Shown: positions 33,661 through 43,494 of the stretch, piece by piece
Numbering within the stretch: the first letter of the stretch is position 1
Layout of the letters: each line of letters starts with the position of its first letter
Source: Alphaproteobacteria bacterium
GTDB lineage: Bacteria; Pseudomonadota; Alphaproteobacteria; MPNO01; UBA830
Assembly (NCBI GenBank): GCA_965243135.1
Contig: OZ251539.1
Coordinates: 4,224,001 to 4,288,000 of the forward strand
Direction of reading: 5' to 3'
DNA length: 64,000 nt
Made by a program: the position numbers and the translations under genes
The notes under the pieces: generated by a model
Told to the model about the DNA's origin: nothing
The model's input: the letters and a program-made list of their open reading frames with translations, nothing else
The model's database searches: none

Positions 33661-34770
33661 TCATTCCGCGGCAAGCGCTTCGCCGGATTTCTTCCGCATG
33701 CTCAGACGCACCGCATCGGCCGTTTCGCAGACGTCTTCCGTTATGCCGAGCAGAGATGCATCGCGACCGTCGTAAGCTCTGAGCGACCCCGCCGCATCCC
33801 TTATCGCGTCTCTGGCGCGAATAAGCGAGGCGACAAACCTTCTTTCCACCGGCTCCGTCGCCGCATGCGCCGCGTCGAGATCCGACTTCTCCATTAGAAT
33901 GTTTAGCCCTTCAGCATTCGCAAGCACCTCGCCAAGACGTTTTATGTCCGGGTTCTGCGCCCGGACGACCGGCGACGCATCGTCCGGTTTCCACCCGTAA
34001 ATCCACCGAAGCAACTGTTTGAGTTCGCGATGCTTGTCCGCGCTTACCGGATTCGGCGTCGGATTGTATCCCGCCCAGTTCGTTTCAAGGCCCAAATAAG
34101 CCGTGTACTGGAAGCGTCCGAGCGCCGTATAGAGATGCGAGAAAGCAAATCTCGGTGTATAACGGTTCTCGATGCTGAACAAATTGTTTTCCCTTGCCTG
34201 ATCCAGAACGTAAATGGCCGACACCATCCGCTTGATCGTATCGTGCCGGTCTCCGATGGCTCTCGCTATTTCTTCCAGATTTCCGCTTTGCCTGTACCAT
34301 TCGGCTGCGAAGCGCGCCTTGGCGTAGGCGTCCCATGTTGCCGGTCCGTTGATGTGCTTGAAACCGATAAAGGAGCGCGCCTCCTCGCGGCAACTCACGC
34401 AGTATACCGATATTTCTTCCAAGGTTTGCCTTTTCGCTTCGTCCATCTTCGGAATCCGGACGCCAAGCTCAAGCAAGGCGCGGTTCTGCAAGACAAGATC
34501 GGGATCGCGCAACAAAAGCAATGCCGCGACACGCCGGTTCCCCTCAAGAACGATCATCTTGCCGTCCACGGGCATGGCGACCAGCGGTTCGATATCGAGA
34601 TAGCCGTTGGCGGAAATCGATTGCAACAACTCGTCGAGGTCCGCGCGGCGGTATAAACGGGCGATGATCGTCGCGTCGGACGCGTCTTCGTCCCGCTCGA
34701 TCAGCCGGGGATTTCTGCGATCCAGTCGAAGTTCCGCAACCGGAATTTTTTCGACGGCGTTCGGTTCCAT
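33661..34770 (-). CDS. ParB/Srx N-terminal-domain protein with HTH-like segment (not chromosomal ParB)
   Basis: LRLDRRNPRL...SISANGY..IEPLV...VLEGNRRVAAL; EEIARAIGDRHDTIKRMV; no parA nearby. Confidence 0.8.
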   Translation of the reverse strand: MEPNAVEKIPVAELRLDRRNPRLIERDEDASDATIIARLYRRADLDELLQSISANGYLDIEPLVAMPVDGKMIVLEGNRRVAALLLLRDPDLVLQNRALLELGVRIPKMDEAKRQTLEEISVYCVSCREEARSFIGFKHINGPATWDAYAKARFAAEWYRQSGNLEEIARAIGDRHDTIKRMVSAIYVLDQARENNLFSIENRYTPRFAFSHLYTALGRFQYTAYLGLETNWAGYNPTPNPVSADKHRELKQLLRWIYGWKPDDASPVVRAQNPDIKRLGEVLANAEGLNILMEKSDLDAAHAATEPVERRFVASLIRARDAIRDAAGSLRAYDGRDASLLGITEDVCETADAVRLSMRKKSGEALAAE

Positions 34771-34918
34771 GATCTTCAAATCCTGCGTCGCCTCGCTTCG
34801 AAGCATACATCGACCCGCTCGCCGATCAATTGCACCGACCGCCCATGATCGTACGGACATCTATCGTGCCGACGTTTGGGCAGGCGCAGTCAAGGACTCC
34901 TTCCGCGAGTTGCTGGCC

Positions 34919-36415
34919 TCACTCTCGCATGGAGTCCCGGACGGCCGCTTCCATCGCCTCGACCTCCGCATCGTCCAACTCGGAAAAACCGCGGCGCTTG
35001 CCCGTCGAAAGCCGTCCCCCATTCTGCATGCAGAGGCGCACGAACAAGGATGCCCGGCGATCCGGCATGTCGACGATCTCGCGCACCGCCTCGAACGCCC
35101 GGTCGAAAACCGCGATGAAGCCGAGCTCTTCCTTGAGATCCCGGCGAACGGCTTCGGTCACGCGGTCGTACAGGTATTCGGCGAACGCGGTCGCGTCGAA
35201 ATAGCGATAGAGATCGGAGGTCTCGTTCTCGACGACGATCTCCTTGTCGGCGGTCCAGCGCCAACGGATGAACTCGAAAAGCGGCCGCGAAAAGCTTTCG
35301 AGCGCCGCATCGTAGCTGCGTCGGTCGCGCAGAATGGCCGCCGACACCGGAAAGATCACGCCGGGCGGGCCGTAGCCGCGCTTGGCGAGCACATGGTGCA
35401 TCAGGTATCGGTGGATACGGCCATTCCCGTCCTCGAACGGGTGGACGAAAACGAAGGCGAAGGCGGAGACCGCCGCCGCCGCGACGGGATCGACGCCGCC
35501 TTCGACGACGCGCCGCGTCAAGGCCATCCAGGCACCCATGAGATCCGGCACGTCCTCGGGCCGCGGGCAGATAAATTGCACTTCTTCGCGGTATCCGCTG
35601 ACGGTCGCGCCCACGAAGTTCTGGATGCCGCGCCAGTCGGATGCCGCGTAGCGGCGATCGACGATATCGCCCTGCAGGCGGATCAGCGCGGCCTTGTCGG
35701 ACGGATCGAGTTCCGGCGCCGCCCTCAGCGCAGCAATGAACCGCTGGATGCGCGAGGCATTCGGGGTCTCGCCCTCGATGGCGAACGAGGAGCGCGTTTC
35801 CTTCGTGTAGAGATAGCTGACGGCGCGGGCAAGGATGGCGGGATCGTAGCTTGCGGTTAGCCTGCGCGCGTCTTCGTCCACGCGCAGGCGCATCGCTTCC
35901 TTCAGGCGGGGCGTGCGCCGGATCGTCGGACACAGTCCGGGACCGCCGAGCAGGTTGTCGGCGACGCGGTGGCGCTGCGAATTGCGGCGCTCGGCAACGA
36001 TGTGCCTGTTCGGATCCAGAGCCTCGACGTAATTGCCGACTCTCGCGTCTTCCAGATCCAACGTCCGGCCGGTGACCATCTCATGAAAGAACCACGCCCG
36101 TCTGCTAAAGGCTCCAGTGGGTTCCGCCCGCACCCATGCCTCGATATCGGCGGGTTCGATCATTTTGAGCGCGGCCGCCATCACCCCGAGATCGACAGGC
36201 TCGTGGCGCAACGCGAATCGCAGATGCGACGCCACCGATCCATCCGTGGCATATTGCCGGGGATAGAGTTCCACGATCCGGGGACCGCGGGTTTCGGTCC
36301 GCCGGGCGCCGGTTACGACGTAGCTTTCCACCGCGGGCGGCGGAACCGCCAAGCCCAGTTCGCGCCTGAGCCAGACATGACCGATCGGTTGTCGTTTATT
36401 GTCGGCTGAATTCAT
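34919..36415 (-). CDS. Fic-domain protein (class II, autoinhibited AMPylase-type)
   Basis: Catalytic HPFEDGNGRIHR; inhibitory S-x-x-x-E-G motif (SFAIEG); long N-terminal extension. Confidence 0.92.
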   Translation of the reverse strand: MNSADNKRQPIGHVWLRRELGLAVPPPAVESYVVTGARRTETRGPRIVELYPRQYATDGSVASHLRFALRHEPVDLGVMAAALKMIEPADIEAWVRAEPTGAFSRRAWFFHEMVTGRTLDLEDARVGNYVEALDPNRHIVAERRNSQRHRVADNLLGGPGLCPTIRRTPRLKEAMRLRVDEDARRLTASYDPAILARAVSYLYTKETRSSFAIEGETPNASRIQRFIAALRAAPELDPSDKAALIRLQGDIVDRRYAASDWRGIQNFVGATVSGYREEVQFICPRPEDVPDLMGAWMALTRRVVEGGVDPVAAAAVSAFAFVFVHPFEDGNGRIHRYLMHHVLAKRGYGPPGVIFPVSAAILRDRRSYDAALESFSRPLFEFIRWRWTADKEIVVENETSDLYRYFDATAFAEYLYDRVTEAVRRDLKEELGFIAVFDRAFEAVREIVDMPDRRASLFVRLCMQNGGRLSTGKRRGFSELDDAEVEAMEAAVRDSMRE

Positions 36416-36668
36416 GTGGAAACGATTATTTTCGTGTAACCGGGATTATAGTAGGTCGGATTCATTTAAAATCGATTACAGGCGTTTGCGGGGCGGTTGT
36501 TTTTGTCGACTACCGGCCGTGCGGCGCACCGCTCCGCCCGCCCGCGAGGGTCACGCAGCACCTTCGACCCGGCCCGCAGTCGGCTCAACGGTCGCACGGA
36601 ACGACATGCATGAGCAAATGCGCCGACAGCTCGGTCTCGCGACGCCCGCCGCGACGCCGCGAACCCAT

Positions 36669-37610
36669 TCAGGAGCTGGACGCGCCGTAGTACAGCATCG
36701 CCGCATGCCTGGCTTCCGCGAAAAACAGCCAACGCTCGATCAGCGTGCCGGCGGAGGCCGACGCCGCGGCCAGAAGCGTTCCCGGAACGGCGATCCAGTC
36801 CGAGGCTTCGGCGGTCAGCCCGGTCAGAACCAGAGGAACCAGAAAGAAGGCGCAGAAACCGATGCGGCGCAGTTTCAGGGCGTGCTTGCGCGCGATCCGG
36901 TAGCCCATTTCCCGCTGCACGAAATTCTCCCCCGTATTCGGCGGGTCGAGAAGCCGGACAGGGCCCGCCAGACCGGTCGAGCTCTCCGGCGTCGCCGGCC
37001 CCCGGGTCGCGTCGATCGAGCGCCAGTAAGCCCTCTTGACGTACCACGCCAGAAACAGCGCCGCGACGGCCGCCAGCGCGATCTCCGGAGACCGGACGCC
37101 GAACAGCGCGGCCAGGGCATGAAACCAGAGCGCGCCCGTAAGCAGGGCGAACGTCAAGTATCCTGGGACCGTCATGCGGTTGTGCCAGGCGTGAACGGTG
37201 CGAAGCGTCGCGTAGATCATGCCCGTGGCGTGCACCGTCAGAACGCAGAACGCGACGAGAATCGCCGCGAACAGGCCGAACGGGCCGGAGAGGGTTCCTT
37301 CGACGAACCAGCCCCACGCGGCGAGGCCGAGCGGCAGGTAGGTCGCCGCGGCGAGCACCCCTTCTCGCGAAAGCCACGACGTCCGCCATTGGGAGAACGC
37401 CCGCCAGGCGCGTTCCGGACGCCCGAGATGGAAGGTCGACGACAAAAGGCCGCCGGTGATGAGCGCGGCGCCGAGACCCAGCGCCGCCGCGCCGAACGCC
37501 GGATCGACGGGAACGCCCCCCAGCGCGCCGTAGGCCGCCGTCAACGCGACCAGCCCGTAACCGGCGCCGGACGCCGCGGTGAAGAAAATGACGGAGTAAG
37601 CGGGATGCAT
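36669..37610 (-). CDS. soeC: Sulfite dehydrogenase membrane anchor (DmsC family)
   Basis: MHPAYSVIFFT, HLGRPERAWRAFSQWRTSWLSREG, ERWLFFAEARH. Confidence 0.88.
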   Translation of the reverse strand: MHPAYSVIFFTAASGAGYGLVALTAAYGALGGVPVDPAFGAAALGLGAALITGGLLSSTFHLGRPERAWRAFSQWRTSWLSREGVLAAATYLPLGLAAWGWFVEGTLSGPFGLFAAILVAFCVLTVHATGMIYATLRTVHAWHNRMTVPGYLTFALLTGALWFHALAALFGVRSPEIALAAVAALFLAWYVKRAYWRSIDATRGPATPESSTGLAGPVRLLDPPNTGENFVQREMGYRIARKHALKLRRIGFCAFFLVPLVLTGLTAEASDWIAVPGTLLAAASASAGTLIERWLFFAEARHAAMLYYGASSS

Positions 37611-37671
37611 GAACCGGCGGGCTACCCGTTCCGGAGCGGGGCCGAACTCCCGCCGGTCGCGGAGCCCTCGA

Positions 37672-38406
37672 TCATCGCGACAGCGCCCGGTCGACCCAGC
37701 GAAGGAAACGCCCGGCTCCTTCCGCCAACGGCGCCGGATCCAGCGCCGCGCCCCCGGCGGCCTTCGTCGCCGGGCGCGGCGGCAGGTAGCGGTTGACCGG
37801 CCGGTAGCCGAGTTCCGGCATCAGTTCGCGGCCGCCCCGCGCCGCGCTCAGGCGCGACGCCTCCGAATCCGGGTCGCCCAGATCCCCGAAATGCCGGGCG
37901 TTCGCCGGACACGTCGCCACGCAGGCCGGCACGCGCTCTTCTTCCGGCAGGTTCTCGTTGTAGATGCGGTCGATGCAGAGCGTGCACTTTTTCATCACGC
38001 CCGCGTCTTCGTCGTATTCGCGCGCTCCGTAAGGGCATGCCCAGGAACACAGCTTGCAACCGATGCAGGCGTCCGCGTTGACGAGAACGATCCCGTCCTC
38101 GGCGCGCTTGTAGGACGCGCCCGTGGGGCACACGGTCACGCAGGCGGCATCCTCGCAATGCAGGCACGAACGCGGGAAATGCACGGTTCGGCTAGAGGCG
38201 CCCTCTCCCGCCTCGAAGCTGTGCACGCGGTTGAACCAGACGCCGGTCGGATCCGCGCCGTAGGGATCGTGATCGGGCAGCGGGCCGGGATGGCCGCCGG
38301 TGTTCCATTCCTTGCAGTTGACGGCGCAGGCGTGGCATCCGACGCAGGTGTCCAGATCGATGACGAGACCGAGCTTCCTCTCGCCCGGCGGCGGCAGCGC
38401 GGTCAT
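37672..38406 (-). CDS. soeB: Sulfite dehydrogenase Fe-S subunit
   Basis: IDLDTCVGCHACAVNCKEWN, CLHCEDAACVTVCP, CIGCKLCSWACPYG. Confidence 0.9.
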   Translation of the reverse strand: MTALPPPGERKLGLVIDLDTCVGCHACAVNCKEWNTGGHPGPLPDHDPYGADPTGVWFNRVHSFEAGEGASSRTVHFPRSCLHCEDAACVTVCPTGASYKRAEDGIVLVNADACIGCKLCSWACPYGAREYDEDAGVMKKCTLCIDRIYNENLPEEERVPACVATCPANARHFGDLGDPDSEASRLSAARGGRELMPELGYRPVNRYLPPRPATKAAGGAALDPAPLAEGAGRFLRWVDRALSR

Positions 38407-41246
38407 GCGCGGCGCGCCCCGTAGCGCAAGACGTCCGGCGCGGCGGCGCCGGCCGGCAGCGGCGGGAACTGCGGCCACGTCGTCGCCGCCGCTTCCGCCT
38501 TTTCGAGCCGGACCTGCAAATCGTACCACGCGGCCTGCCCCGTGACCGGATCGGCGTTGGCGTAGCGGCAGCCGTCCTCCCGCGGCGGCAACAGGTCCGA
38601 TATCACGTGGTTCAGCAGGAATCCCCGTGTCGTCTCCGGAGCTTCGGGAGACAGGTTCCAGGCCCCCGCCCGCTTGCCGATCGCGTTCCAGGTCCAGACC
38701 GTGTCGCGCTGCGTTCCCTCCATCAGGCGAATCTGCGCCCTGATCCGCCCGTGCCGGCTGACCACCCATACCCAGTCGTCGTCCTCGAGCCCCTCGAGCT
38801 CCGCCCGGGTCCGGTTGACGTAAAGCCGGTTGCCGCCGTGGATCTGGCGCAGCCAGGCGTTCTGCGATCCCCAGGAATGGTACATCGCCATCGGCCGCTG
38901 CGTGACCGCGTGAAACGGATACGCTTCCTGGCCGCCGTCCTGGGACTCGAAGGGCCGGTACCAGATCGGCAGCGGATCGAAATACCCCTCGACCCGCGAC
39001 CTGTGCCGTTCCGGCGGCGCGACGGGTCCGTGGCCGCGCGCCGCGAGCCGGAACCGCTGCAGCGGCTCGCTGTATAGCTGCATCACGATCTGCTCGTTCG
39101 ACCCGATCCATTTCATGCGGGCCGCGTACTCGAGATAATCGCCGTTCGCGTGCCGGTAGTAGCGCATGTTTTCCGGCAACTCTTCGCGCCAGAAACAGCC
39201 GTTCTCGACGTAGCGCTTCAACTGGTCCGGATTGACCGCGCCGACGCCGTGCCGGTCGCCGTTTTCGCCGCGCCATCCCGCCAGGGGCCCGACGCCCGGC
39301 GCGCGTTCGTGATTGACGATGTAGTCTTCGTAACCCCCCGGGTACCGGGGAGAGCCGTCCGCCTCGACCATGCCCGGAAGCCCGAGCCGCGCGCCGAGAT
39401 CGAGTAGAACCGTCTGAAAGCAGCGGACGTCGCGGTCGGGTTCCAGAACCGGCTGGCGGATCGAGTCCGCGGGCGCGTCGGCGTCGCAGATCGGACGGTC
39501 GAGCAGGGATATGCAGTCCCATCGTTCCAGATAGGTCGTATCGGGCAGCACGATGTCGGCGTACGCCGCCATCTCCGAGCGGTACGCGTCGGAATAGACG
39601 ATGAACGGAATCCTGTAGGAATCGCCGTCCTTCGCCGTCAGCATTTCCATGACGCCGACGGTGTCCATCGAGGAGTTCCAGGCCATGTTGGCCATGTACA
39701 TGAACAGCGCGTCGATCCGGTATGGATCGCCCCGGCAGGCGTTTCCGATGACCGCATGCATCATGCCGTGGGCCGCCAGGGGCGCCTCCCACGAGAACGC
39801 CTTGTCGATTCTGAGGGCTTCGCCCGCGGAATCGACGAGAAGGTCTTCCGGGCCGGTCGGGAAGCCGAGCGGCGGCCCGGGCAGCGGCGTTTCGGGCCGC
39901 GTCTCGCCCTCCCGGCCCGCCGGCTTCTGGGGCGGCGGGCAGGGCCGCGGGAAAGGAGGCTTGTAACGGAAGCCGCCCGGAACGTCGATCGTTCCGAGCA
40001 GCAGCTGCAGAAGATGAATGGCGCGGCACGTCTGGAAACCGTTCGAATGCGCGGAAATCCCCCGCATCGCGTGCATGGCGACGGGGCGGCCGATCATGCG
40101 GTCGTGCCGTCGTCCCGCCCAGTCCGTCCACGCGACGTCGAGCGAGATTTCCTTCTCGAACGCCGCATGGGCCAGTTCCGCAGCGATGCGCCGGATATGG
40201 TCGGCCGGCACGCCGGTGCGGAGCGCCGCCGCCTCCGGACCGTAGATCGGATCGAGATAGCGTTCGGCCATCAGCTGGAACGCCGGCACGGCCGCGCGGC
40301 CGTCGTCCAGCGCGAACTCGCCGACGACCGCCGGCGCGACGTCCGGCAGAAGGGCGTCCGCGAGCCGCTCCGCGTTCCTGTCGAAGCAGAGCGGCCGCCC
40401 GTCGGCGTCCCGCGCGAAAAGCCCGTCGTCGCGCGAGTCCGGATCGCGGATCACGAGCCACGGCGCGTTGGTGTACCGCGCGAGATAGTCGAGATCGATC
40501 CTGTCGGCGTGCAGCAGCTCGTGGACGAGAGCCAGCACGAAGGCGCCGTCGCTCCCCGGCCGGATGCCGATCCATTCGTCGGCGATCGCTGAGTAGCCCG
40601 TCTTGACCGGATTGATCGACACGAACTTCGCGCCGCGCGCCTTGAGCCGCGAAAGCCCGGCCTTGATCGGATTCGACGCGTGATCCTCCGCCACGCCGAA
40701 CATCATGAAATATTCGGTTTTCTCCCAGTCGGGCTCGCCGAATTCCCAGAAGGATCCGCCGATCGTGTAGAGCCCCGCCGCCGCCATGTTCACCGAGCAA
40801 AAGCCGCCGTGCGCCGCGTGGTTCGGCGTCCCGAACTGCGTCGCCCACCAGCCCGTGAGCGACTGGCTCTGGTCGCGTCCGGTGAAGAAAGCGAGCTTCG
40901 CGGGATCTTCCGACCTGATCCGACGCAGGCGTTCCGCGACGGTCTCGAGCGCCTCTTCCCACTCGATCTCCTCGAACTCGCCCGACCCCCGCGGTCCGGC
41001 GCGCCGCAGCGGCTTCGACAGGCGCGCCGGAGAATATTGCTGCATGATGCCGGCCGAACCCTTCGCGCAAAGCACGCCCCGGTTGACCGGATGATCGGGA
41101 TTGCCTTCAATGTAGCGGATCCGGCCGTCCTGCAGATGCACCCTTATGCCGCACCGGCACGCGCACATGTAGCAGGTGGTCGTTTCGGTCTTGTCGGCGA
41201 CGCCCGGCGAGAGGTCGATGCGCTCTGCGGGAGTGGAATCGGCCAT
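38403..41246 (-). CDS. soeA: Cytoplasm-facing molybdopterin sulfite dehydrogenase catalytic subunit
   Basis: TTCYMCACRCGI...LCAKGSAG, FFTGRDQSQ, AHGGFCSVNMA, MYHSWGSQN; no Tat signal. Confidence 0.9.
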   Translation of the reverse strand: MADSTPAERIDLSPGVADKTETTTCYMCACRCGIRVHLQDGRIRYIEGNPDHPVNRGVLCAKGSAGIMQQYSPARLSKPLRRAGPRGSGEFEEIEWEEALETVAERLRRIRSEDPAKLAFFTGRDQSQSLTGWWATQFGTPNHAAHGGFCSVNMAAAGLYTIGGSFWEFGEPDWEKTEYFMMFGVAEDHASNPIKAGLSRLKARGAKFVSINPVKTGYSAIADEWIGIRPGSDGAFVLALVHELLHADRIDLDYLARYTNAPWLVIRDPDSRDDGLFARDADGRPLCFDRNAERLADALLPDVAPAVVGEFALDDGRAAVPAFQLMAERYLDPIYGPEAAALRTGVPADHIRRIAAELAHAAFEKEISLDVAWTDWAGRRHDRMIGRPVAMHAMRGISAHSNGFQTCRAIHLLQLLLGTIDVPGGFRYKPPFPRPCPPPQKPAGREGETRPETPLPGPPLGFPTGPEDLLVDSAGEALRIDKAFSWEAPLAAHGMMHAVIGNACRGDPYRIDALFMYMANMAWNSSMDTVGVMEMLTAKDGDSYRIPFIVYSDAYRSEMAAYADIVLPDTTYLERWDCISLLDRPICDADAPADSIRQPVLEPDRDVRCFQTVLLDLGARLGLPGMVEADGSPRYPGGYEDYIVNHERAPGVGPLAGWRGENGDRHGVGAVNPDQLKRYVENGCFWREELPENMRYYRHANGDYLEYAARMKWIGSNEQIVMQLYSEPLQRFRLAARGHGPVAPPERHRSRVEGYFDPLPIWYRPFESQDGGQEAYPFHAVTQRPMAMYHSWGSQNAWLRQIHGGNRLYVNRTRAELEGLEDDDWVWVVSRHGRIRAQIRLMEGTQRDTVWTWNAIGKRAGAWNLSPEAPETTRGFLLNHVISDLLPPREDGCRYANADPVTGQAAWYDLQVRLEKAEAAATTWPQFPPLPAGAAAPDVLRYGARRA

Positions 41247-41363
41247 ATCGTTCGCTGTCGAGTCTGCGCGGATACCGGCAGCAATAGGCGACGGCGGGCG
41301 GACGGTCAAACCCGCGCGCGGCCGAACCGGGAGACGCCGCGGCGGCGAGAGAAAGGAAGACGG

Positions 41364-42239
41364 ATGACGCCCGACGTGGTCTGCATGTTCGACGAGGCGA
41401 CAAACACGGCGTCCTACGTCGTCTCCGCCGGCGGCGAGGCGGCGATCATCGATCCGGTTCTCGACTTCGACCCGGTTTCGGGGCGCACGCGGACGGAATC
41501 GGCCGGGCGGCTGCTGGACCGTGTCCGGGAAGCCGGGCTCCAGATTTCCTGGATCCTCGAGACGCACGTGCATGCCGACCACATGACCGCGGCCGCGGTC
41601 CTGAAGGAGAAGACCGGAGCGAAAACGGCCATCTGCTCGGGCGTGACCCGGGTTCAGGAGATCCTCGCCGAATTGTTCGACGACGGGGACATGGCGGTCG
41701 ACGGCTCGCAGTTCGACGCGCTGTTCGACGACGGCGCGACGTTCCCGCTGGGACCGATCGAATGCCGGGTCATGGCGACTCCGGGCCACACCCCCGCCTG
41801 CGCGACCCTCGTCGTCGGAGACGCCTGCTTCGTCGGCGATACCCTGTTCATGCCGGATTCCGGGACGGCGCGATGCGATTTTCCGGGCGGCGACGCGAGC
41901 CTGCTCTACGAATCGATCGGGCGGATATTCGAGCTTCCCGGCGAAACGCGGATGTTCGTCGGCCACGATTACGGGGCCGGCGGCGCCCGCGGCTTCGCGT
42001 GGGAGACCACCGTCGCGGCGCAGCGCGACCGCAATGTCCACGTCGGCGGCGGCGCGCTGGAGCACGATTACGTTCAGATGCGGCGCGCGCGCGACGCCTC
42101 GCTGCCGCTGCCGCGTCTCTTTTTTCCGTCCGTGCAAGTGAACGCGCGGGCCGGCGCGTTTCCGCCCCCCGGAAAGAACGGGGTGTCTTACGTCAGGATC
42201 CCCCTGAACCGGACGATCAACGGAGAGGCCGCCGAATGA
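41364..42239 (+). CDS. Persulfide (sulfur) dioxygenase, ETHE1/Blh-like MBL fold
   Basis: IIDPVLDFD, ILETHVHADH, TPGHTPAC, GDTLFMPDSGTARCDFPGG, VGHDY. Confidence 0.88.
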   Translation: MTPDVVCMFDEATNTASYVVSAGGEAAIIDPVLDFDPVSGRTRTESAGRLLDRVREAGLQISWILETHVHADHMTAAAVLKEKTGAKTAICSGVTRVQEILAELFDDGDMAVDGSQFDALFDDGATFPLGPIECRVMATPGHTPACATLVVGDACFVGDTLFMPDSGTARCDFPGGDASLLYESIGRIFELPGETRMFVGHDYGAGGARGFAWETTVAAQRDRNVHVGGGALEHDYVQMRRARDASLPLPRLFFPSVQVNARAGAFPPPGKNGVSYVRIPLNRTINGEAAE

Positions 42240-43162
42240 CCACTTTCGTCTACACGCATCCGAGCTCGCTCGATCACGACACCGGCGCCGGGCATCCGGA
42301 ACGGACGGCGCGGATCGAAACCGTCTACGCGGCGCTGGCCGGCGATTCCTACGCGAGCCTCGAACGCAGGGAAGCGCGCCGGGCTTCGCTCGACGACCTC
42401 GCCCGCGTTCACGAGAGCGGCTACGTCCGGCGCAGCCTCGACGGGATGCCCGCTTCCGGACGCGCGCGGGTGGACCCGGACACCATCGTTTCTCCGGGGT
42501 CGGGCGAAGCGGCGCTGCGCGCCGCGGGCGCGGTCATCGACGCCGTCGACGAGGTGGCGTCCGGAAACGCCGGAAACGCCTTCTGCGCGGTCCGCCCGCC
42601 CGGCCATCACGCCGAGGCCGGACGCGGCATGGGATTCTGCCTGTTCAACAACGTCGCCGTCGGCGCGATGCATGCGCGGGCGGCGCACGGGTTGCGGAAG
42701 GTCGCGATCGTCGATTTCGACGTGCATCACGGCAACGGAACGCAGGCCATGTTCGCCGACGACCCCGGCACGCTGTTCGCCTCGACCCACCAGTATCCCC
42801 ATTATCCGGGCACCGGCGCGGCGGACGAGACCGGCGTCGGCAACGTCTTCAACGCGCCGCTGGGGGCCGGTTCGGGCGGCGCCGAATTCAGGGCGGCGAT
42901 GGACGACCGGATCCTGCCGGCGTTGCGCGCCTTCGCGCCGCAAATGCTCCTCGTCTCCGCGGGGTTCGACGCCCATGCGCGCGACCCCCTGGCGTCGCTC
43001 AACCTCGAAGAGAGGGATTTCGAGTGGGCGACGCGAAAGCTTCTCGACGTCGCGGAGGAATTCGCGGACGGACGCCTGGTTTCGACGCTGGAGGGCGGTT
43101 ACGACCTGCAGGCTCTCGGCGACAGCGTCCAGGCCCACGTCGGAGCGCTGATGTCGCGTTGA
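42236..43162 (+). CDS. Histone deacetylase family protein
   Basis: HPERTAR, RPPGHHA, GFCLFNN, DFDVHHGNGTQ, SAGFDAH, LEGGY. Confidence 0.93.
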   Translation: MTTFVYTHPSSLDHDTGAGHPERTARIETVYAALAGDSYASLERREARRASLDDLARVHESGYVRRSLDGMPASGRARVDPDTIVSPGSGEAALRAAGAVIDAVDEVASGNAGNAFCAVRPPGHHAEAGRGMGFCLFNNVAVGAMHARAAHGLRKVAIVDFDVHHGNGTQAMFADDPGTLFASTHQYPHYPGTGAADETGVGNVFNAPLGAGSGGAEFRAAMDDRILPALRAFAPQMLLVSAGFDAHARDPLASLNLEERDFEWATRKLLDVAEEFADGRLVSTLEGGYDLQALGDSVQAHVGALMSR

Positions 43163-43248
43163 CGGCCTTTCCGCGGATCCCGCCGCGCGCCGCTTGTCCC
43201 GAAACCGCGAAACCCCTAATCTGCGCGCCGCATGCGAAGGGGGAGCCG

Positions 43249-43494
43249 ATGGTCAAGGAAAATGGCGGCATCGAAGCGATGTCTTTCGAAGATGCGCTGG
43301 CGGAACTGGAGGAAATCGTCAGAACGCTCGAAAGCGGAAAAGGCAGGCTCGAAGAGTCCATAACCTCCTACGAGCGCGGTGCGCTCCTGAAGGCGCACTG
43401 CGAGGCGAAGCTCAAGGAAGCGCAGGTCAGGGTGGAAAAGATCGCGCTCGGCGCCGACGGCGTCGCCGTCGCGGAACCCGTGGATGCCGATTAG
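43249..43494 (+). CDS. xseB: Exodeoxyribonuclease VII small subunit
   Basis: SFEDALAELEEIVRTLESG...LEESITSYERG..L..HCEAKL. Confidence 0.93.
   Translation: MVKENGGIEAMSFEDALAELEEIVRTLESGKGRLEESITSYERGALLKAHCEAKLKEAQVRVEKIALGADGVAVAEPVDAD

Noticed and set aside
33661-34770. Chromosome or plasmid partitioning ParB
   Set aside because: No parA or parS-like palindrome noticed; overall sequence unlike Spo0J/ParB.
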